From the IMG/VR virus record IMGVR_UViG_3300049194_000052, positions 9,093 through 73,092 of that record: 64,000 nucleotides of DNA; one strand, 5' to 3'. The notes beneath the pieces are model-generated. The model did no database searches. It worked only from the letters and a program-made list of their open reading frames with translations, and was not told the DNA's origin. The position numbers and the translations under genes were made by a program. Positions 37,195 to 44,672 of this stretch are shown here, in pieces. How positions within the stretch are numbered: position 1 is the first letter of the stretch; each line of letters opens with the position of its first letter. The stretch is from a virus.

Positions 37195-37605
37195 TCAATC
37201 CAGCTTGTGCGTGCCTTCGGTGCCGGCTGCCATGCGGCGCTTCGTGCGGCGTTGCAGGATCTCCTGGGCGGATTCGAGGTGAGCCAGGGCCTCAGCGTTC
37301 TCTGCGCAGGCGAAGGGGCCGGCCTGGAAACAGCGCAGGCGGTCTGCCAGGACTGCGAGCAGCGCTTCGTGCGTCACGCCGTTGACACCGGCTTCAGCGA
37401 TCGGACCATTCTGGAAGAGGATCGTGACGCCTGGCACGATGTCGTCGCACTCCGGCGTCGAGGGGTTGGTGCTGTCGTCAAAGCCGGTGATGTCGTAGCG
37501 GTGGTGAGCACCACCCGAGCCAGGGTCGTCGCTGACGCGGATCTTCAACTTGTCGTTGGCCGGGTTGACGATGTGGTCGGTGAGAAATCGCATGATGTGT
37601 CCCAT
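37195..37605 (-). CDS. tad1: Tad1-family anti-defence signal sponge (start may be 37593)
   Basis: G.GGAHH.Y...FQ.GP....NGV..E.LL.VL.DRL..FQ.GPF...EN..A...LE.A...L..R...R....EGT matches the Tad1 pattern along its whole length. Confidence 0.85.
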   Translation of the reverse strand: MGHIMRFLTDHIVNPANDKLKIRVSDDPGSGGAHHRYDITGFDDSTNPSTPECDDIVPGVTILFQNGPIAEAGVNGVTHEALLAVLADRLRCFQAGPFACAENAEALAHLESAQEILQRRTKRRMAAGTEGTHKLD

Positions 37606-37640
37606 TGAGTGCCGCGCTTCGTGGGCAGCGCGGCAGGCCC

Positions 37641-40600
37641 TTACGCTGCCAGCTTCTCGTCGAAGCTGTCGTTGACCGCCTTGGCGATGTTGTCGGCGAT
37701 GTACCAGTCACCGCACTCGATCTGCTGCGCGAAGTCGGGGCCGACCGAGATCGACGCCAGGATCGGCACGCGCATCGTGGAGTACGGCTGGACCATGCAC
37801 TCGTGCTTCTCGCGGATGAAGGCGAGGGCGTCGTCGCGGTGGACGCTGCTCACGATTTCGTCGTGGATCGGTGCGAAGAAGCGGACGCGGTAGCGGAAGA
37901 AGATGCCGCGCTTCCACATCCGGGCCATGGCCAGCTTGGTCATCTCTCCGGCCGAGCCCTGGATCTCCATGTTCCAGGCCTGACGCGCAGCGCGGTCGGC
38001 CTCACCGTACTCCTCGCTCATCAGGGCGTGCCGCAGGTGCCGGCGTGCGCCCATCATGGTCGTGGCGTAGCCCAGCTCCTTGGCCTTGTCAGCTGCCCGC
38101 TCGGCGGCCTTGTCGACCTCCGGGAACATCTTGGCGCGGGCGTCAAGGAACAGCTGAGCGTCCTCCAGGCGCATGATCAGCGTCTCGGACAGCTTGGCTG
38201 CCCGGCCGCCGAACTGCGCTGCGAAGTTCACGTTCTTGGAGTCCTTGCGCAGGTCGTCCGCCTTCTTGCCGATGGGCTGGGCCTTGCCGATGCCCCGCAG
38301 CTTCAGGAACAGGCGGTACTCGAACTCCTCGGTCGTCAGGCCCAGCGCCAGGTCGCCGCCGTGCTCCTTGGTCAGGGCGTCGACTTCGTCGTTGCCCCAC
38401 TTCAGGCGCATGGCGCCGGCCGCCGTGATGCTGTGGATGTCCTTGAGGTTCTCGCCGATGTAGCAGGCGAGCATGTTGGGGTCCTGCGACCGCTCGGCAG
38501 CCAGGCGCAGCTCCTGGCCGGTGAAGTCGATCGAGCAGACGACAGAGTCCTTGTCGTGCGGCTTGAAGCAGCCACGGAACTTGACGCCTTCACCCTTCTT
38601 CGGCAGCTGCTGAAGGTTGGGGTTCGACATCGAGTAGCGGCGCGTGACCGCGGCGCATTGGTTGGCCGACGAATGGATGCGGCCGTCCTTCCAGTGCTTG
38701 ATGCCCCAGTAGTTCTTGTAGAACAGGCTGCGACGGGTCATCACCTTCTTGATCGTGCCGATGGCCAGCAGGGCAGCCTTGGCCTTTTCGTCGATGTACT
38801 CCTGGTCGAAGGCCAGGGCGTACTCGATCGACGTGTCGTCGGTCTTGGCCTTGGCCCGCAGCAGTTCCATCTCCTCGTCGGTCATGACAACCGACTTGCC
38901 GGCACGCTTCTGCTTGAACTTCTTGACCGCGTCGGCCAGCTCGGGCTTGTTCTTGCGCTCGGTCGGCGTGACGTCGTTGATGATCTGGACGGGGATGCCA
39001 ATGAACTCGTACAGCAGCCGCTTCATCTGCTTCGGGCTGGCCAGGTCCAGCTTGGGCTCGCCGCTGAAGTTCGCCGCCACCAGGGCGTTGAAGCTGCTCA
39101 GGTCGTTCGCTGCGATGTGGACGGCCAGCAGCCGCACCACGGAGGCGTAGTCGTCCTCGCCGGCCGCCTCGGAGGTGTCGGCGGCCTCGTCCAGCAGCTT
39201 GGCGATCTTGCTGGGCGTGCGGACCTGCGTCTTGAACTCGGCGCCGGTGAGCAGGAGGTGGGCCTCCTTGATCGTCGGGCCGGTGATCTCTTCGAACACC
39301 GGGCAACGCGTGCCGTCGAAGCCGATCTCCATCAGGTAATCACGGAGCGTGGCCCAGGCCTTGTCGTAGGCGACGTCGTCCTCCTTCTCCATCTCGCGCA
39401 TGTCTTCGTGCGAGAACTCCACGCCCTGGACGAAGCCAAGGGCGGTGAGATAGGCGGGGAACGTCTCGACCTCGTGGAAAGTGTCGATCGTGTCCTCGAT
39501 CTCCATGATGACCTGGAAGTGGTTCGCCAGGCCGACCGTGCAGATGGTGTCGTCACAGCCGTAGCCGACCACCTGGTTGGCGGTCAGCTGGTTCATCTTG
39601 TACTGGACCTTGACCATCTCGTCGCCGTCGACGAACTTGGTGATCTCAGGGCCAATGGTCGTGATCTCCACGCCATCGACGAACACCGGGTCGCCTTCAT
39701 CGTTGCAAACGGGGATCTGCTCGTACTCGCCGGTACCCACCTCGATCTTGTCCGTCCACTCGCTCTTGACGCGGCCGACGCCATTCCACGAGGACTTCTT
39801 CATCGTCGCTGTCGTGGTGGCCTCGTAGGTCTGCTGGTCGTAGCCAAGGACTTCCTTGCTCAGCTCCTTCAGCTTGGCCGTGCGGTTCTCGTCCGCGTAG
39901 CTGGAGGCGATCTTGGTGTCACGGACGTTGGGCAGGAAGCCGTGCCACTCCGGGTCATCAGCCCAGTCAGCGCCCCACTCGTTGTAGAGCACAGGCAGCT
40001 CGAAGGCGTTGTTGTGGACCCAGTTGATCTTGTCCTTCGGGATCAGCGCCACCAGGTCGCGGACCTGCTCACGGGTCAGGTTCGTGACACCCTCCTCCTC
40101 GACGTGCTCGTGCGTGAGGTAGTAGGTGAACTGGCAGTTGTCGCCGAAGGTGATCGACATGCCAGTCAACTCGGAGCCGAACACGTCGACGCCGTCTTCC
40201 TTGCCCTGCAGCCGCAACCACTCATCGCTTTCCTCGGGCGTCGAGGTCTCGATGTCGAGGGCAAACTCGGGTGTCTTGGACAGCTGACGCTTGAAGAACT
40301 CCAGAGCCTCGTCGTAGTTCTCGGCCGAGACCAGTTTGTTGACCCCGGCGTAGCGGCGCAGGACCTGCTCCTCACACTGCTCCCGCGGCTTCACGAAGCC
40401 CACCCGCCAGTTGAGCGGGCGCTTCATCGTGTTGACGCGCTCGGTGCGCAGGCGGCCCAGCTCGTAGCTGATGTAGACGTTCGAGGCGTCATCGACGATG
40501 AGCTGCAGCTCCTTCATCTCGTTGACGTCGCCGTCGCGGGCCAGGGCCTTCAGATCCTTCTTTCGGATCAGACCCTCCATCAGCTCAAGGCCTTCCTCGC

Positions 40601-41258
40601 CGAACGTCAGGAGGAGCTTCTCGGCCTTCTTCTCGCCGAAGTTCTTGGCGCCGGGGATCTTGTCCGTGTTGTCCCCGACCAGGGCGATGTAGGTGGGGAT
40701 CAGGCGGTGTGCGAAAGGACCGAATGGGTTCTCGTCACGGGCACCGGCGCGGTAGTGGTGGACGTCGCCGCCCACACACTGCGCCAGGTCCTTGTCGCCG
40801 GAGACGATCCAGACCTCGCCCTTCAGGTGCTTGGCGAGGTAGCCGATGACGTCATCAGCCTCGACAGCGTCCTGCCAGCACATCTGGGCACCCAGGCCCA
40901 GCAGCATCTCAATCAGCTGGTCCTTGCACAGGTTGAACTGCTCGTACTGGCCGGGCAGCTTGTCGCGGCCGGCCTTGTACGTGCTCAGCAGCGCTTGGCG
41001 GCCCTGCTTGGAGTTCATGCCCTCTTTGACGATGATCATCTGCCGCGGCGTGATCCGCAGGTCAGCCATCACCTCGACGATGTGGTTGATGCAGTTGTCG
41101 TAGCCGTAGCCGGCCGAGTTGATGATGATCGGGTTGCCCTTGCCGTTGACCATGGGCACGCCGGCTTCATCGATCGCCTGCTTGCCGTGCTCTTTGTCGA
41201 CGCCGGCCATGAGGCAGGTCCAGACGATGCTGGACAGGTCCAAAAGTGCGCGTTTCAT
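37641..41258 (-). CDS. polA: Family A DNA polymerase with fused 5'-3' exonuclease and 3'-5' exonuclease
   Basis: EADDVI, SGDKD, GDNTD.IPG (flap nuclease); LDIET, HNN.FE, Y...D (proofreading); NPNLQQLP, DFTGQELR, KNVNF, QGSAG, HDE (polymerase). Confidence 0.96.
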   Translation of the reverse strand: MKRALLDLSSIVWTCLMAGVDKEHGKQAIDEAGVPMVNGKGNPIIINSAGYGYDNCINHIVEVMADLRITPRQMIIVKEGMNSKQGRQALLSTYKAGRDKLPGQYEQFNLCKDQLIEMLLGLGAQMCWQDAVEADDVIGYLAKHLKGEVWIVSGDKDLAQCVGGDVHHYRAGARDENPFGPFAHRLIPTYIALVGDNTDKIPGAKNFGEKKAEKLLLTFGEEGLELMEGLIRKKDLKALARDGDVNEMKELQLIVDDASNVYISYELGRLRTERVNTMKRPLNWRVGFVKPREQCEEQVLRRYAGVNKLVSAENYDEALEFFKRQLSKTPEFALDIETSTPEESDEWLRLQGKEDGVDVFGSELTGMSITFGDNCQFTYYLTHEHVEEEGVTNLTREQVRDLVALIPKDKINWVHNNAFELPVLYNEWGADWADDPEWHGFLPNVRDTKIASSYADENRTAKLKELSKEVLGYDQQTYEATTTATMKKSSWNGVGRVKSEWTDKIEVGTGEYEQIPVCNDEGDPVFVDGVEITTIGPEITKFVDGDEMVKVQYKMNQLTANQVVGYGCDDTICTVGLANHFQVIMEIEDTIDTFHEVETFPAYLTALGFVQGVEFSHEDMREMEKEDDVAYDKAWATLRDYLMEIGFDGTRCPVFEEITGPTIKEAHLLLTGAEFKTQVRTPSKIAKLLDEAADTSEAAGEDDYASVVRLLAVHIAANDLSSFNALVAANFSGEPKLDLASPKQMKRLLYEFIGIPVQIINDVTPTERKNKPELADAVKKFKQKRAGKSVVMTDEEMELLRAKAKTDDTSIEYALAFDQEYIDEKAKAALLAIGTIKKVMTRRSLFYKNYWGIKHWKDGRIHSSANQCAAVTRRYSMSNPNLQQLPKKGEGVKFRGCFKPHDKDSVVCSIDFTGQELRLAAERSQDPNMLACYIGENLKDIHSITAAGAMRLKWGNDEVDALTKEHGGDLALGLTTEEFEYRLFLKLRGIGKAQPIGKKADDLRKDSKNVNFAAQFGGRAAKLSETLIMRLEDAQLFLDARAKMFPEVDKAAERAADKAKELGYATTMMGARRHLRHALMSEEYGEADRAARQAWNMEIQGSAGEMTKLAMARMWKRGIFFRYRVRFFAPIHDEIVSSVHRDDALAFIREKHECMVQPYSTMRVPILASISVGPDFAQQIECGDWYIADNIAKAVNDSFDEKLAA

Positions 41259-41263
41259 GTGAG

Positions 41264-41563
41264 TCAGTCCCGGTTGTGATGGTGAAGACGCTTGCGCTTC
41301 TCTTCAGCGCTCGCGCAGTGCACGCAGAGCAGGTTTCGGATGGCTACGCGGAGACGCTGCTCGCCGATCTCCAGGCCGCATTCGTCGCAGTCGGTGACCG
41401 CGTAGACGCCGTTGGCGTCGGGTCGCTGGTCGACCTTGCACTTGCCTCGGATCGCATCGACGAGGCCTGCGGTGGCCTTCATCTCGTTGCTGGATGCCCG
41501 GTCAAGGACGTCCGGCAGGCGTTCTGTGTCGTCGTCGAACGACCTTTCATCGATTTCTGTCAT
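41264..41563 (-). CDS. TraR/DksA C4 zinc-finger protein
   Basis: DVLDRA (DxxDxA) plus CDEC...CVHC and C-terminal E. Confidence 0.85.
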   Translation of the reverse strand: MTEIDERSFDDDTERLPDVLDRASSNEMKATAGLVDAIRGKCKVDQRPDANGVYAVTDCDECGLEIGEQRLRVAIRNLLCVHCASAEEKRKRLHHHNRD

Positions 41564-42027
41564 TGCTGGGCGTGCTCGGTCTGGAGGTTGTCGTTGATCG
41601 TGAAATGCTTGGGAGCCTTGTCCTTGTGCCGATCGAGGATCAGCGCGGCTCGCCTGTTGAGGTCGTTCATGTCGACCTGGCCAGAAGGTGGTCGGTCGTC
41701 GACGAAGTTCCCCTGGTACATCGAGTCCCGCATCACCATCAGGCCGGCGATGGCCTTGTCGATGTGGTGCTCACCGGAGTCGGGGTCGACGTCGATCCCC
41801 TCCCACCAGTCGGTGAGGTGGCGGGCCACGACCGCATCGAAGTACACCGAGGCTCGCACGCCGGAAGCTCGGTAGTTGTGGCGCCCGTACTTCGCGGCGC
41901 CTTCCAGCATCGCCAAGGCGACGCCGGTCAGGACCCGCCACGGCAGCACCGAGAAGGGGAGCTTCTTGATGCCGATGGCGTCCTTGGGGTTGGTGGGTTT
42001 CGACGAACCCTGGGATGTGTCTGACAT
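41560..42027 (-). CDS. dATP/dGTP diphosphohydrolase-like protein (DUF5664 family)
   Basis: NPKD..G..K.P...LP......A..M..GA.KYG..N.R...Y.DA..RH...W.G.D.DPDSG..H motif. Confidence 0.85.
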   Translation of the reverse strand: MSDTSQGSSKPTNPKDAIGIKKLPFSVLPWRVLTGVALAMLEGAAKYGRHNYRASGVRASVYFDAVVARHLTDWWEGIDVDPDSGEHHIDKAIAGLMVMRDSMYQGNFVDDRPPSGQVDMNDLNRRAALILDRHKDKAPKHFTINDNLQTEHAQQ

Positions 42028-43020
42028 CTATCGGACCTGTTGTTGAAGTTGAAGGAGGCGGAACGCCGCCTGGCGCTCCCGAATTTCTTCGGCGGTGAAC
42101 TTCTCGCGATGGGCGTCAAGCGTCTGCAGCTCGACGACCTTCGCCATAACCTCCTGCTGCTTGGCCGGCGTGTAAGTGCTGGCCGCCCAGGCTGAGGGCG
42201 TGCGGAAGTGCGTGCGGAACTCGGCCGGTGTCATCAGGTGACCCACGAGCGTCTGCAGCTGGCGCCAGGGCATGGCGCCGCGGCAACGCTCGACCAGGTC
42301 GAAGGCATCGCACCAGACGTCCTTGTGTGCGGCGAGCCGGTCAAGGTGGTGGATGTCGAACTGACTTGTGACCAGACCGGACATGCCGGCAATGAACGCT
42401 GTCGTGACCAGCACCCTCGCCTGGGGCGCCAGGTCGGGCATCGTGGCCAGCACGGCGCGGTAGACGGCGCCCAGGCGGGCCGGCGTGCGCCGGTAGTGGC
42501 CGACTGGCCGACGAAGGATCATGTCGGCGGTCGGGCACCGGTGCTCGGCCCGGCGGATGATGCCGTCGAACTCGACACGGTGTGGCTGCACCAGAAGGCC
42601 AATCTCGGGCACCCGGAGGATGTCGCCCTGGCCACAGCACACCAGCATGCTCGATGCCTGGGCGTGCTGGTAGGCGATGTGCACGAGCGGGGCAAACGGG
42701 TGCAGGAGGCGCAAGGCGGCCGTGTTGACCTCTGGGTAGACGCGGCCAAGCAGACGAGCCATGGCGGCGTTGTTGCCGACGGCTCGCATGCCGACCGTGA
42801 GACTGTCCATGAGAGGGACGTCGGCTTGATAGAGCGCCGGGCCGATACCGGACAGGTCGACGTCGCCGATGTGGCCCTCGAAGGCCAGGGGCACGTACCC
42901 GATAGGCGCCTCGTCGCCGAACAGCACCCGCACTGTGCTGGCGCCGGTGCGCTCATGCATCTGCTCGCGCAGCGCAATGCTGGCGCGGTGCAGGATGTCG
43001 TGTATGACGTGGGTTCGCAT
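42028..43020 (-). CDS. Hypothetical protein (330 aa)
   Basis: AGGA RBS; fills the operon gap; no family recognised. Confidence 0.7.
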   Translation of the reverse strand: MRTHVIHDILHRASIALREQMHERTGASTVRVLFGDEAPIGYVPLAFEGHIGDVDLSGIGPALYQADVPLMDSLTVGMRAVGNNAAMARLLGRVYPEVNTAALRLLHPFAPLVHIAYQHAQASSMLVCCGQGDILRVPEIGLLVQPHRVEFDGIIRRAEHRCPTADMILRRPVGHYRRTPARLGAVYRAVLATMPDLAPQARVLVTTAFIAGMSGLVTSQFDIHHLDRLAAHKDVWCDAFDLVERCRGAMPWRQLQTLVGHLMTPAEFRTHFRTPSAWAASTYTPAKQQEVMAKVVELQTLDAHREKFTAEEIRERQAAFRLLQLQQQVR

Positions 43021-43036
43021 TTCCTGTGAACGAGAG

Positions 43037-43056
43037 AACGACCCCGAAGGGTCGTT
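43037..43056 (-). terminator. Stem-loop with cUUCGg tetraloop after the exonuclease gene
   Basis: AACGACCC-TTCG-GGGTCGTT then CTCTCGTT. Confidence 0.6.
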
Positions 43057-43063
43057 TGGTTGG

Positions 43064-43744
43064 TCAGGCTGGAACCCGTGTTTCGAGGGCCTCGCGGAGG
43101 TCTGGGTCCAGCTCGGTGGCGTTGTCGAGGAGCCAGCGGACGTAGCTCTTTGGGAGGTCCCGCAGCTTCTCGCCCTTGTGCTTGCCGAAGGCCATCTTGT
43201 TGTCCAGGCTGAGCGGCTTGCGGCACAGTTCCAGGACGCCAGAGAGGCCGCAGCTGTTCAGGTTGGCGACCATGCGGATGAAGCTCAGGCAGACGCGCAC
43301 GTCGCCCATCGCGCGGTGGGCCGTGCCGGCGTCCAGCCTGAAGTGGTAGCGCAGGGTTTGGAGTTTGTGGTTCTCCAAGTCCGGGTACAGGTTCTTGGCC
43401 AGCTTCAGGGTGCACGCGCTGCGGAACTCGTCAGCCAGGTTCTCGGCACCCATGACGCGGATGTCGAACTGCACGTTGTGGCCGCCGTAGATCGGACGGG
43501 GGCGCAGGAACGGATTGCCGTACAGCTCGAAGAACTCGGCAAGCGTCGGGGCGTCGCACACCATGTCGTCCGAGATGTGGTGGATGCCCTGAGCGGAGGG
43601 CGAGATCGGCCGCTGCGGGTCGATCAAGCTCTCGGCTTCCCAGATCACCTCCAGGTTCTCGTTGACGACCACGATGGCCAGATCGCAGACGCCGCCCTTG
43701 AAGTCGGCGGTTTCGGTGTCGAAGAGGATCAGTTCGTTGGTCAT
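43064..43744 (-). CDS. DEDDh 3'-5' exonuclease (ExoX/DnaQ-like)
   Basis: FDTET, GHNVQFD, HRAMGD; C-terminal FGKHKG...LP..Y..WL domain. Confidence 0.92.
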   Translation of the reverse strand: MTNELILFDTETADFKGGVCDLAIVVVNENLEVIWEAESLIDPQRPISPSAQGIHHISDDMVCDAPTLAEFFELYGNPFLRPRPIYGGHNVQFDIRVMGAENLADEFRSACTLKLAKNLYPDLENHKLQTLRYHFRLDAGTAHRAMGDVRVCLSFIRMVANLNSCGLSGVLELCRKPLSLDNKMAFGKHKGEKLRDLPKSYVRWLLDNATELDPDLREALETRVPA

Positions 43745-43779
43745 GGAAGTAGGGCCTCGGTTGCCCGAGGCCCTTCGGC

Positions 43780-44577
43780 TTACTTCGTGGTGGAGAAGGT
43801 GATGACGCCGAACTTGTTGTTGCCCAGCACCTTCTTGTCGCCAGTGAGGGTGATCAGATTGCCGTCCGCGATGCCCTTCAGCTTGCGCATCTTGGTTTCG
43901 AGGTTGTAGGCGCCCCATTTGCCGACGGACTGCGGGGACACGCTGATCTGGTGGATGACCTGCTCGTCCACCGGCACGTCGCCCTTCTCCTCGGACCACA
44001 CCAGGTTGGCGTACATCTCAACGTACTGCTTGGAGGTTGCCTTCTCGTAGTCGAGGCCCTTCAGGTGCTTGACGTAGTCGGCAACCGTGCCTTCGCCACC
44101 CTTGAGGTTGACGCCGTCGTAGGACGTGCGGATCAGCTTGTCGGCCTCGCTGTTGTTCTGCTCGCCGGTGGTGACCAGCCACACGTAGTTCCACGAGTGC
44201 AGCTCGATGTGGATGACCTTGCCCAGGTCCTTCGTCTTGTCGATCGAGAAGCCGTCCAGGCCGACCGTGATGCGGGGGAAGACGCCAAAGCCCATCGATT
44301 CCAGCTGGTCGCCGGAGATGACGTCCTTCAGGCCTTCGATGACCGTATTGACCTTGTTCAGCGGCGAGCCCAGGGCACGGCTGGCAGCGGCCTGGACGGC
44401 GCGGGTGGCGCTGGTGACCACTTCAGGGGCGGCAGCTTCGACCGCGGGAGCGGAGACCTCGTCTTCGACGACGGCGGTATCACCGCCTTCATCCTGGCTC
44501 TCGAAATTGGCGGCCGGGGCAGCGGTGGCGTCGGCCTTGGGGGTGTTCGCGATGTCGGTGTTCTTGCGCAGTGCCAT
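43780..44577 (-). CDS. Hypothetical replication-module protein, possibly ssDNA-binding
   Basis: AAGGA RBS, own promoter, highly biased codons; SSB role inferred from position only. Confidence 0.5.
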   Translation of the reverse strand: MALRKNTDIANTPKADATAAPAANFESQDEGGDTAVVEDEVSAPAVEAAAPEVVTSATRAVQAAASRALGSPLNKVNTVIEGLKDVISGDQLESMGFGVFPRITVGLDGFSIDKTKDLGKVIHIELHSWNYVWLVTTGEQNNSEADKLIRTSYDGVNLKGGEGTVADYVKHLKGLDYEKATSKQYVEMYANLVWSEEKGDVPVDEQVIHQISVSPQSVGKWGAYNLETKMRKLKGIADGNLITLTGDKKVLGNNKFGVITFSTTK

Positions 44578-44644
44578 GTTCGTTTCCTTTGTCAGTTCCA
44601 AGTCGTTCCCCGCCAAGGGTGAAGAAGAGAGCGGGCGGGAGTGC

Positions 44645-44672
44645 ACTCTATCCTTTTTTAGAAAAGTGTCAA
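44645..44672 (-). promoter_or_regulatory. Sigma70-like promoter coincident with a 21-bp motif copy
   Basis: TTGACA-N16-TAGAGT. Confidence 0.6.

Noticed and set aside
39560-39860. Intein or intron in the polymerase
   Set aside because: The insertion lacks Cys/Ser-start and His-Asn-end splice motifs and any homing domain, and the frame is continuous.
37605-41279. 1224-aa + strand ORF antisense to the polymerase, and similar long shadow ORFs (11618-13516, 13598-14875, 5171-6493, 46199-47395)
   Set aside because: Mirror-frame artefacts of strong GC3 bias: no RBS, no motifs, and they fully overlap clear genes.
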